Source of the DNA: an uncultured Armatimonadia bacterium
Lineage (GTDB): Bacteria > Armatimonadota > Zipacnadia > Zipacnadales > UBA11051
Assembly (NCBI GenBank): GCA_964390495.1
Contig: CAYMIN010000013.1
Coordinates: 28,081-92,080, forward strand
Direction of reading: 5' to 3'
Length of the DNA: 64,000 nucleotides
Below, one piece after another: positions 38,302 through 46,232 of the stretch. How positions within the stretch are numbered: the stretch's first letter is position 1; every line of letters starts with the position of its first letter. The notes beneath the pieces were generated by a model. It worked only from the letters and a program-made list of their open reading frames with translations. It had not been told where the DNA came from and made no database searches. The translations under genes were made by a program, and so were the position numbers.

Positions 38302-38826
38302 ATGGCAGATATGCGCGACCGCATTACAGGCGATGAAAACGCATTTCAGAAGCTGGCCGAGGCCATTCCCGGCTTCGACGGCTATCGCGAACGAGAGATC
38401 CGCCGCACTGCTGACAGGCTGCTGCGGGATCATCTGGCCAAGCTCCTGGACGCGACCCGCGGCAAGCTGGAGAAGCTGATGCGCGACTGCGGCACTGCGG
38501 AGGTTGAGCTCACCTCCAAGATTGGCCGCACTCAGAGGCGCATGACCACTCTACACGACCGGATTGACCATGCCAGCTACGGCTATACCGGGTTTTTCGA
38601 CGCAGTCAAGATTGGGGAAGAAGAGCTCGACCGCATGTACGACTATGACATGTCGCTGATGCAGCACATTGCCGATATGGACGTTACGGTGGCCGAGCTG
38701 GCGGCGGCCGACAGCGCGGGCTATGACGAACTGCTGCCCGAGCTCGAAGCCCAGATGGACTATTTCGAGCAGATGCTTGACGACCGCGACGAAGTCATCA
38801 GCTCTGTCGTCCCCGGCGATGCCTGA
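38302..38826 (+). CDS. hypothetical cytoplasmic protein (predicted helical), first gene of SPFH cluster
   Basis: 174-aa ORF with consistent codon usage and no recognised motif. It is co-directional with and close to the two downstream genes. Confidence 0.45.
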   Translation: MADMRDRITGDENAFQKLAEAIPGFDGYREREIRRTADRLLRDHLAKLLDATRGKLEKLMRDCGTAEVELTSKIGRTQRRMTTLHDRIDHASYGYTGFFDAVKIGEEELDRMYDYDMSLMQHIADMDVTVAELAAADSAGYDELLPELEAQMDYFEQMLDDRDEVISSVVPGDA

Positions 38827-38880
38827 GCCGACTTCGCCGCCCACGGCCGCTCTGGTGCGTATCTGCAAGCAGGGGGCTTC

Positions 38881-39312
38881 ATGTCCGACACCAAAAACGT
38901 CAAGGCAGGCGATGAGATTACCTGGCGCGGGCTGGACGGGAAGATAGTTGCTGTTGACAGGTACGCCAGCCCGGGCCTCAACTGGGCCGTCTGGGAAGTG
39001 CAGTTAAAGGGACAGCGACAGCGCCGCTGGATTACGCGGGTAAAGGGGCGCCTCTACGAGACTAGTCCGGGTCAGCCCGAGGCCGAAGACCCGGCAGCCG
39101 AACTGCGTGACCAGGGCTACCGTTTGGCCCGCCAGGGCGGCGTCCAGCGCGAGATGGCGACGCTTGCCGGACGCGACTTCAGCCGCTGCCAGTTCGCCTA
39201 TTATCTGGCGGATGACGGCGGCATCGCCCTGGCGATCACAGACCGCGGCCACACCCAGATATTCAAAGGCCACCCTCTTGACAGCGCGCTTGTCGAGATA
39301 TTCCCGGCCTGA
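38881..39312 (+). CDS. DUF4178-like small protein
   Basis: The N-terminus (VKAGDEITWRGLDGKIVAVDRYASPGLNWAVWEVQL) fits DUF4178 (GD.i.l.g..y.V.g...y...g..W.E.Ll). It lies immediately upstream of the SPFH gene. Confidence 0.4.
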   Translation: MSDTKNVKAGDEITWRGLDGKIVAVDRYASPGLNWAVWEVQLKGQRQRRWITRVKGRLYETSPGQPEAEDPAAELRDQGYRLARQGGVQREMATLAGRDFSRCQFAYYLADDGGIALAITDRGHTQIFKGHPLDSALVEIFPA

Positions 39313-39402
39313 TCGCCGCCGGCGGCAATGTAGCCTTCGGCGTGGATCAGGCTTACCATCCTGACCGAATCACGGACTCGCGATTACTAGGAGGACCCCA
39401 AC

Positions 39403-40386
39403 ATGGCTGCGATAGATGTGATCGAATGGCGAGATGTGACCGGTAATGAGATTGTCCACCGCTGGCCGGAGTATGGGCCCGGTACCGTCAAGCTTGGTGC
39501 CCAGTTGACCGTGCGCGAAAGCCAGGAGGCCATCTTCTTCCGCGACGGCAAGGCGCTGGATGTCTTCCGCGTGGGACGCCATACCCTCACCACGGCCAAC
39601 CTCCCGCTGCTGCAGGCTATCATTAACATCCCCTTCGGCGGCGCGACGCCCTTCCAGGCCGAGGTCTATTTCGTCAACATGCGCACCTTCACCGATCTCA
39701 AGTGGGGCACCGCCTCGCCGGTGATATTCCGCGATTCGGAGCTGGACATGGTGCGCCTGCGCGCCTTTGGTGCCTATACTTGCCGCGTGGCCGACTCTCA
39801 GCTTTTCGTCAACGAGGTGGTCGGCACCCAGCACATGTACGACACCGACTTGGTGGCCTCCTGGCTCCGCGATTTCATCGTCGCGCGCCTCAACGATGTG
39901 CTCGGCGAGGTCATGGACACGGTACTGGACCTGCCCAAGCACTACGACGAGCTCGGCGAGGTGATGCGCGCGCGGGTCGGCCAGGACTTCAACAACTACG
40001 GCCTCGAGCTGATTGACTTCCTCATCGAGGCCATTGCGCCGCCCGAGGCCGTTCTCGAGATGATTGATGCCCGCTCCGGCATGGGGGCGGTCGGCGACAT
40101 GCAGCGCTTCATGCAGTTCCGCACTGCCCAGGCGATTGGCGACATACCCAGCGCCGAGGGCGGAGGCGGCGCTGCCGGTGTCGGCATGGGCCTCGGCGCG
40201 GGAGCCGGCATGGGCGCGGCGATGATGGGCGCTATGCAGCAGGCCATGCAGCAGCAGTCCCAGGCTCCGGCTGCCGGCGCCAGCGTTGAGGAGCGTCTTG
40301 AGAAGCTGGCCGACCTCAAAGAAAAGGGCCTCATCACCGACGACGAATTCGCCGCCCGCAAGGCCGAAATCCTCAAAGAGATCTAG
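39403..40386 (+). CDS. SPFH/Band-7 family protein (Band_7_1 type) with Gly/Ala/Met-rich linker and C-terminal SHOCT domain
   Basis: The N-terminus IDVIEWRDVTGNEIVHRWPEYG...QLTVRESQEAIFFRDGKALDVF...HTLTTANLP matches the Band_7_1 signature. The C-terminus EERLEKLADLKEKGLITDDEFAARKAEIL is a SHOCT motif. Confidence 0.75.
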   Translation: MAAIDVIEWRDVTGNEIVHRWPEYGPGTVKLGAQLTVRESQEAIFFRDGKALDVFRVGRHTLTTANLPLLQAIINIPFGGATPFQAEVYFVNMRTFTDLKWGTASPVIFRDSELDMVRLRAFGAYTCRVADSQLFVNEVVGTQHMYDTDLVASWLRDFIVARLNDVLGEVMDTVLDLPKHYDELGEVMRARVGQDFNNYGLELIDFLIEAIAPPEAVLEMIDARSGMGAVGDMQRFMQFRTAQAIGDIPSAEGGGGAAGVGMGLGAGAGMGAAMMGAMQQAMQQQSQAPAAGASVEERLEKLADLKEKGLITDDEFAARKAEILKEI

Positions 40387-40536
40387 GACTGGCGGCTGTG
40401 GCTTCTCATTGACAGCCGGTCAGGACAATCCACCTGACGCGTGGCTCGGGCTTCCAGCCCCAGGCGGTTGCCATCCAGCGCTATTACATATTCCCTCTCA
40501 CTCACCAACAATGCAATCTGACAACTTGCTACCGAG

Positions 40537-41109
40537 GTGATTTCCTTGAAAGCTCTAGCTCTTATCGGTAGCCCCCGCAAGGGCGGTAATACCGACTGCC
40601 TGGCCGACGCCTTTCTGGAGGGGGCTGCCGAGGCCGGCGCTGAGACCGCCAAGATCTATCTGGACGACTTCAACATCCGCCCCATCGCCGAGGTCTGCGA
40701 CGAGTTCAGTATGCGGGTGGACCTGCGCGCTGACGATGACTGGCGCAAGATCATGAGCCAGGTCCTGCAGGCCGATGTCCTGGTCTGGGCCGCCCCCGTC
40801 TATTGGCAAGGCGTTCCGGCCCAGATGAAGTGCTTTGTGGACCGCTGGTCAGCCTATTATTCGGCCGAGTGGCTCAATCAAGGCTTCGCCGGCAAGGTCT
40901 GGGCCGTAGTCTGCGCTTACGGCGACCCCAGTCAGGACCAGAGCAAGTGGGTCACCGAGCCGATTGCTCTCTGGGCCAAGCGTTGGCGCTGTGACTACCT
41001 CGGCGATGTTTGTATCGGGGTGGCGAAGAAGGCCGCTGTCGCGGAGATGGAAGATGTGATGGCCGCGGCCAGGGAGCTGGGCAAGCGCGCGGTCGCCGCC
41101 GCCGAATAG
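40537..41109 (+). CDS. NAD(P)H-dependent FMN reductase-like flavoprotein (flavodoxin fold)
   Basis: KALALIGSPRKGGNTDCLADAF...VLVWAAPVYWQGVPAQMKCFVDR is the NADPH_dep_FMN_reductase pattern. Confidence 0.7.
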   Translation: MISLKALALIGSPRKGGNTDCLADAFLEGAAEAGAETAKIYLDDFNIRPIAEVCDEFSMRVDLRADDDWRKIMSQVLQADVLVWAAPVYWQGVPAQMKCFVDRWSAYYSAEWLNQGFAGKVWAVVCAYGDPSQDQSKWVTEPIALWAKRWRCDYLGDVCIGVAKKAAVAEMEDVMAAARELGKRAVAAAE

Positions 41110-41223
41110 CACCATGACCGAGGACCACGACAGCGCAGCGGGGATAGACTCACCGGCTGCGTTTTTTTATTTGGTCGCTTGTGGCGTCACATTCTCTGCT
41201 TGGAGCCGCGCAACGGAGACCTG

Positions 41224-43974
41224 ATGACCATGCTCAAAGCCGCCCTGACCCTGTTACTTTCTTTGGTGACGCTGGCCGGTCTGTCCGCCCTAGGTTCCGC
41301 CCAGCCGAAGCAGCGCCCCTTTCTCACCAAGCCGCCCTTTGACGTATTGACCACCGCCGACCCGGACGGACTGTACCAGGCCCGCAAGAGCGATTTTGCC
41401 AAGGGCGCGGAGGCGCTAGCGGCTAGCTACCAGCCCGGCGGCCGCATCAATCCCGATAACCGCGACTTCTACTACTATCTCACCAACGCCATCAAGGTCT
41501 TCGAGGGCAACGGTAGCCGCGAATGCCTGGACATCGCCGTCGCCATGCTCAAGGCCGCTACCGCCGAGCACTATAGCATGTCCGAGACGCGCCTCCGCGG
41601 GCTGATGGACGAAGAGGGCGCCTTCAACCCGCTCAACATCGAGATGAAGGAGCATGCTTACGATCTAGCGCTGCTGTATCATCTCACCGGCGACAAACAG
41701 GCCGCGCGCCAGGCGGCGATAATTCTCGACCGCTACAATCAGGTCATTCGCAAGTGGCCGCTGAGGGAGCGCGAGGGCGAAAAGCGCTTCTCCCAGGATG
41801 ATGAGCGCTTCAAGTGGCGCTGGGACGCCACCGGCTTCTACGGAGCCTGGATTCCCGGCTTTGTCGGCCGCGCCTTCCCCCTGCTTTACGCCTATGACCT
41901 CATCTACAACAGTGGCATGATGGAGGAGATCAGTTCCCCCGAGAGCATCGCCAGCATGTTGCGCCACCACATTGATTTCAATGAGACCTTCGTGCCCGAG
42001 TATGGCAATCTCGACCACTACGACCTCAGGAGCTATTCCCAATTCGGCCTGCTGCTGCCCGAGCCCGAATACATCCATCACGTTGTCCAGTGGCTCGACA
42101 ACCTCTTGCACTATGGCTTCTATGTCAGCGGATTCTGGCACGAGGGAAGTCCATCTTATCACAAAGACATTACCGTGGGCATCACCCGGTCCGTGCCGGC
42201 ACTGCTTAACGGCTATTCCGATCCCCCGGGCTTTATCAGCAAGCAGGGTGGCACCCGCTTTGACGATCTCAACCTCACCGCGAAGTTCGCCACTCAGTTC
42301 CGCCGCATGTGGGACTCCCTGGGCAAGGTCACTTTGCCCAACCGCATCTGCACGGTCATCCACGATACCGCCTTTGTGCAGCAGGCCTGGTGGATGCCGC
42401 CCAAGACTCATTCCAACCCCAAGCTCTTGGGCTGCATGGGCCATGTGATTATGGCCAAGGGCGAGGGCCCCGACCAGCAGCAGGCCCATTTGCATTTCTC
42501 GGGCATGCACGGTCACGAGCACTCCGATTCGCTGCATATCATCGCCTGGAGCCAGGGCCAGGAGATGATCAGTTCCACCCGCTACCGGCCCATCCCGGAC
42601 GATGTCTCCACCCGCGAGTGGCATAGCATGGCCGCCGGCCAGAACACAGTCGTCATAGACGAGACCAACCAGTTGAGCCGCCTCAGCAGCCACCGCCGCA
42701 AGATCACCGAAGTTGACGCCTTCCCCTTTCCCAATCCGCGCTACCGGGCCTACGGTCACGGTGACAGCCTCACCGACGGCAAGCTCCGTTTCTTCGCCGC
42801 CCAGTACGCCCCGGTGCAGATCTCGGAAGCCCAGGGCGAGGAGGCCTACCACGACCTCGCCAACCTCTACCGCCGCACTCTGGCGATGATCGAGATAGAT
42901 GAGCAGCACATCTATCTGCTGGACGTTTTTCGGGTACGCGGCGGCCAGCAGCACGATTGGATGCTGCACGGCTGCCTCGAGTTCCCCTGTACCGTAGCGA
43001 CCGATCTGCCTCTGACCGATGAGCCGGGCACCCAACACAAGTACCTTGACCAACTCAAGGTGGCCGCCTTACCCGCCGTAGCCGATTTCCGGTTCATCTA
43101 CGAGGATGGTAAGCAGAGCCGCCACTGGCTGCTGATGCCTGAGGGTAGTCGGCTTTATCTGGGCCGCGGGCCGGCCATGCGCCGCAAAGGCTACAACCCC
43201 TTCACCTTCGTTCGCCACCGCGCTTACAGCTCGCTGTTTGTCGCAGTCCACGAGTTCTGGGGCGCGGACGAGCAGCCCAAAATCGCCTCGGTCGCCCCCC
43301 TGCAGATGGTCACTGCTGATGTCATGGATGCGGGCGTGCAGGTCAACCTCGCCGACGGCACCACCGATCTGTTCATAAGCTGCTTTGACCCGCAGGCCGA
43401 CAGCGCCATCTTGGCCGTGGGAGCGGGCATGCCGCTGCAGGTGCGGGGCCGGGCCGTCCACATCCGCACCGCTCCCGACGGCGCCATCACCCGTGCCTTC
43501 GGCGTTGGCCTGGCCTATCTCGAAACCGGCGACCTCACTATCACCGACAGCATCCCCGCCTATACCGGCCTGATTGCCGCTACCCAGCGCAAAGAGAGCG
43601 GCGACCAACTCGACGCCCTCCAGACCGCCGCCGACCTGCCCACTGACGGTAGCCTGAACGGCGTGCCGGTGATTCTGCACTATGGCGACGAGCTGGTGCA
43701 GAGCTTCCTGATAGACCGCATCGAAGCGCTTGCTGAGGGCGGCTCACTGATCGTGCTCCGGGAAGACGCGGGCATCACCATCGAGGCCGACGGCGCTTTG
43801 ACCAAGCTGCACTACTATCCCGGCTGGGGAATCTCCGGCCCATGCAGCTTCACCATCGTCAATCCGGTCCTGGCCGAGCGCACCGCGGCCGGAAAGTACC
43901 GCGTGCAGTCCCATCCCAAATCCCAATGGCCGGAGCCGGTCGAAAATGGCATCACATACTGGAAGCTCGACTAG
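41224..43974 (+). CDS. secreted heparinase II/III-like polysaccharide lyase family protein
   Basis: Start at the RBS-preceded ATG 41224 (MTMLKAALTLLLSLVTLAGLSALGSAQ signal peptide). Alpha/alpha-toroid N-half. GMHGHEHSDSLHIIAWSQGQEMISSTRY fits the Hepar_II_III GHaH.D.lsf motif. Confidence 0.65.
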   Translation: MTMLKAALTLLLSLVTLAGLSALGSAQPKQRPFLTKPPFDVLTTADPDGLYQARKSDFAKGAEALAASYQPGGRINPDNRDFYYYLTNAIKVFEGNGSRECLDIAVAMLKAATAEHYSMSETRLRGLMDEEGAFNPLNIEMKEHAYDLALLYHLTGDKQAARQAAIILDRYNQVIRKWPLREREGEKRFSQDDERFKWRWDATGFYGAWIPGFVGRAFPLLYAYDLIYNSGMMEEISSPESIASMLRHHIDFNETFVPEYGNLDHYDLRSYSQFGLLLPEPEYIHHVVQWLDNLLHYGFYVSGFWHEGSPSYHKDITVGITRSVPALLNGYSDPPGFISKQGGTRFDDLNLTAKFATQFRRMWDSLGKVTLPNRICTVIHDTAFVQQAWWMPPKTHSNPKLLGCMGHVIMAKGEGPDQQQAHLHFSGMHGHEHSDSLHIIAWSQGQEMISSTRYRPIPDDVSTREWHSMAAGQNTVVIDETNQLSRLSSHRRKITEVDAFPFPNPRYRAYGHGDSLTDGKLRFFAAQYAPVQISEAQGEEAYHDLANLYRRTLAMIEIDEQHIYLLDVFRVRGGQQHDWMLHGCLEFPCTVATDLPLTDEPGTQHKYLDQLKVAALPAVADFRFIYEDGKQSRHWLLMPEGSRLYLGRGPAMRRKGYNPFTFVRHRAYSSLFVAVHEFWGADEQPKIASVAPLQMVTADVMDAGVQVNLADGTTDLFISCFDPQADSAILAVGAGMPLQVRGRAVHIRTAPDGAITRAFGVGLAYLETGDLTITDSIPAYTGLIAATQRKESGDQLDALQTAADLPTDGSLNGVPVILHYGDELVQSFLIDRIEALAEGGSLIVLREDAGITIEADGALTKLHYYPGWGISGPCSFTIVNPVLAERTAAGKYRVQSHPKSQWPEPVENGITYWKLD

Positions 43975-43982
43975 GGGAAGCG

Positions 43983-44867
43983 ATGAAGAATCCGAAGCCC
44001 GGCTGCCGCTTTGTAGTCTTTGCCGACGTGCATTATGTGGTTCCGCCCCATCCGCGGCTGTCATGGCCGCAATTGGTCGAGAAGCTCCCTGAGCAGCCGC
44101 GCGTGACCGAGCTGATTGACACGATGCTGCCGATGGCTCTGGAGCAGGTCCATGCCGAGTTGCGGCCTGACTTCATTGTCTATGCGGGCGACCAGGTCAA
44201 CGTCGGCTGGGACGAGGAGGGCCTCGCCAACCAGCACGGCTTCCGCAACCTACTGGCCGAGGCTAGCTCTGCATCTTTCCCTCAATCCCGTGGGTCGGGG
44301 TTCCAGCCCGACAGTGATGAAGTGCCTGTCTATCTGGTCTATGGCAACCACGACCGCCCTCGCGAGCGCTATCTGGAGTTCTATGGCGAGACTATCTACA
44401 GCTTCACCTGCAACGGCTGCCATTTCGCCGTGCTCGACAGCGGCGTCATGCACCCGGAGGACGACTACGACCCTCCGGAAATCTTCACGACCGGGCTGGA
44501 CGAATTGCAGAACATGCTCGATCGAGCCGCCGGAGCGCCGGCAGCGGTCCTGCTGCATTTCTACATCTACCCGACCGACATAGTGGGCTACAGCTATCCG
44601 GCCGCGGCGGAGGCCATCGCGATGATCGAGAGCTATTCCCGCCCCGTACCGGTGCTCAACGGCCATTTGCACGATGGCCGTGTGGACATCGCCAACGGCC
44701 AGCTCTATTTCACTGCCCGCTCCTTCATCGAGTCGCCATTCTGCTTCTACCTGCACGAGTTGAGCGAAGACAGCCTGCAGATTGACGAATATATGCTCGA
44801 TTTCAACACCGGCAGATGGTCGCGATATCGCATGTGTGCTTTCGATCTCAGTCCGGCTTCGGCGTAG
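43983..44867 (+). CDS. calcineurin-like metallophosphoesterase, carrying an in-frame REP-like insertion
   Basis: FVVFADVHYV, YAGDQVN, VYGNHDRPRE, LLHFYIYP and NGHLHDG are the metallophosphatase motifs. Start at the ATG 43983; the ORF track's 43842 start overlaps the upstream gene. Confidence 0.75.
   Translation: MKNPKPGCRFVVFADVHYVVPPHPRLSWPQLVEKLPEQPRVTELIDTMLPMALEQVHAELRPDFIVYAGDQVNVGWDEEGLANQHGFRNLLAEASSASFPQSRGSGFQPDSDEVPVYLVYGNHDRPRERYLEFYGETIYSFTCNGCHFAVLDSGVMHPEDDYDPPEIFTTGLDELQNMLDRAAGAPAAVLLHFYIYPTDIVGYSYPAAAEAIAMIESYSRPVPVLNGHLHDGRVDIANGQLYFTARSFIESPFCFYLHELSEDSLQIDEYMLDFNTGRWSRYRMCAFDLSPASA
44268..44315. repeat. REP-family element (AATCCCGTGGGTCGGGGTTCCAGCCCGACAG) inserted in-frame inside metallophosphoesterase CDS
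   Basis: Near-identical to the intergenic copies at 45063-45098 and 46165-46198. It encodes the extra peptide SFPQSRGSGFQPDS between conserved blocks. Confidence 0.5.
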
Positions 44868-44929
44868 TTGACGTTCTTGGGCATCTTCTTGTCGTTGCCG
44901 TTGAATCGTGTTTGGGGGCCGGCGTACCC

Positions 44930-45170
44930 GCTGCGAAGCAGTGGATGAAAACGCTTCGCAAGGCGAAGCGTTGAGGGCTGGCCCAGCCGTTATCCTTAAG
45001 TCTTCTGGAGGGGCCGCATACGAGGCGGAAGCCCTAGCTTCCGCCGAGAATCCAGCCCAGCCGTTATCTCGCGTGGGTCGGGCTTTCCAGCCCGACAGCC
45101 GTTGCTGCTTTGCCTTTGCCCTTTCTCCCTTTGGGAAAGGGGGCGGGGGTGAGGGGGCCGTTGCCTCAGG
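44930..45170. repeat. composite repeat copy B (REP hairpin 45077-45096 + CCCTTTCTCCCTTTGGGAAAGGGGG + CGGGGGTGAGGGGG)
   Basis: It fills the gap downstream of the metallophosphoesterase gene. An artefactual ORF (44908..) reads through it. Confidence 0.5.
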
Positions 45171-45306
45171 ACCGGCCCGCGCCCAATCCCAGCCCCCAAC
45201 TTATCTAGACCCTAACTTCCAATCACAACGGTCCGCAGCTTCGTTTGTCCAAATATCTACATGCCCACAGGCCCAGCCTAGCGCCACACCAAAACCGCCC
45301 AAGGAG

Positions 45307-46023
45307 ATGGTATTCTTGCATTGCCGACTCAATCCGGCCCTCTTGGCCCTGGCTCTTGGCTTGTGCTTGGCCGCCTGCAGCGGCGCGGCGGAAACCGAGA
45401 AGCTGAAGATCACACTTAGCCTGACGAGTAAGAGCGGCGACTCCGGCAGCAGCACCGACACCGCCTGGGCCATGGACGGAACCTGGGCCTTCAGTCCAGC
45501 GCCGCGGCAGTTCTCCCTGCAGGTCAATTCCAGGTACACCAGGTCCGACGACGGCGCCAAGTTCGACCGCCTCAAAACCTGGTGGCGCTACCTCTGGGAG
45601 GACGTGCCCGAGACCGAGTGGCGACCGCTGTTTCTGGTCTCGACTGAAGGCGATCATGGCCTTGACCAGTTGCACACCCTAGCTGCTTTCGGGTATCGCA
45701 AGAGCCACGATTGCGGCTTCATCGAACTGACTGCGGGGGTTTCCAAGGACCTGCAGACCTCGGAGGCGTGGGTTGGCGACATCGGTGCGCTGGTCAGTTA
45801 CGAGCGCCAGTGGGGCAAGCTGTCGTGGGGGCTGAATCCACAAGGCGAGCTGGGCGTTCTGGGGGATGTGCGTTACCGCGACGACCGTTTCCGCTACAAC
45901 GTGGACACGGATTTGGGCTACAAGATTGGCGACCGTTTGCGCGCGACGTACCAGCTTACTTTCGGCAACACCACCGCGGATTCCCGTCGCACGCAGTTCA
46001 TCGGCATAACCTACGAGCGCTGA
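45307..46023 (+). CDS. lipoprotein / small outer-membrane beta-barrel-like protein (DUF481-like?), unknown function
   Basis: The AAGGAG-adjacent ATG at 45307 gives MVFLHCRLNPALLALALGLCLAACSG (lipobox LAAC). The protein is beta-rich with alternating aromatics. The longer 44908 start traverses repeat DNA and is rejected. Confidence 0.5.
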   Translation: MVFLHCRLNPALLALALGLCLAACSGAAETEKLKITLSLTSKSGDSGSSTDTAWAMDGTWAFSPAPRQFSLQVNSRYTRSDDGAKFDRLKTWWRYLWEDVPETEWRPLFLVSTEGDHGLDQLHTLAAFGYRKSHDCGFIELTAGVSKDLQTSEAWVGDIGALVSYERQWGKLSWGLNPQGELGVLGDVRYRDDRFRYNVDTDLGYKIGDRLRATYQLTFGNTTADSRRTQFIGITYER

Positions 46024-46029
46024 GGCCGA

Positions 46030-46232
46030 CCTGTCGTGTCTCGCTCAAAGACATGCCCGTAGCTCCGGCTTTCTTCGTCCACCTATCCCTCTTTGGATTC
46101 CCCCTTCCCTACCAGGCAAGGGGGTTAGGGGGTTAGGCGCCTTTGGCGTTGCCGTGCCCTTGCCAAGAATCCCGGGGGGCGGGCTTCCAGCCCGACGCCA
46201 TTGCCCTCGTAGGGGCGTCAGCCTGCCCAGCC
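46030..46232. repeat. composite repeat copy C between convergent genes (TGTCGTGTC, CCCTTCCC...GGGGGTTAGGGGGTTAGG, REP hairpin 46174-46198)
   Basis: Same modules as copies A, B and D but in a different order. It ends at the rel stop codon. Confidence 0.5.

Noticed and set aside
43842-43982. 5' extension of metallophosphoesterase ORF overlapping the heparinase-like gene by 130 nt
   Set aside because: The extension is R/G/A-rich with no motif. The ATG at 43983 gives the canonical MKNPK..FVVFADVHY N-terminus and sits 9 nt after the upstream stop.
44908-45306. N-terminal 133 codons of track ORF 44908..46023
   Set aside because: This stretch reads straight through repeat-family DNA (translating as ...SRVGRAFQPDSRCC...GKGGGGEGAV...). 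The real gene starts at the AAGGAG-preceded ATG at 45307, which gives a lipoprotein signal peptide.
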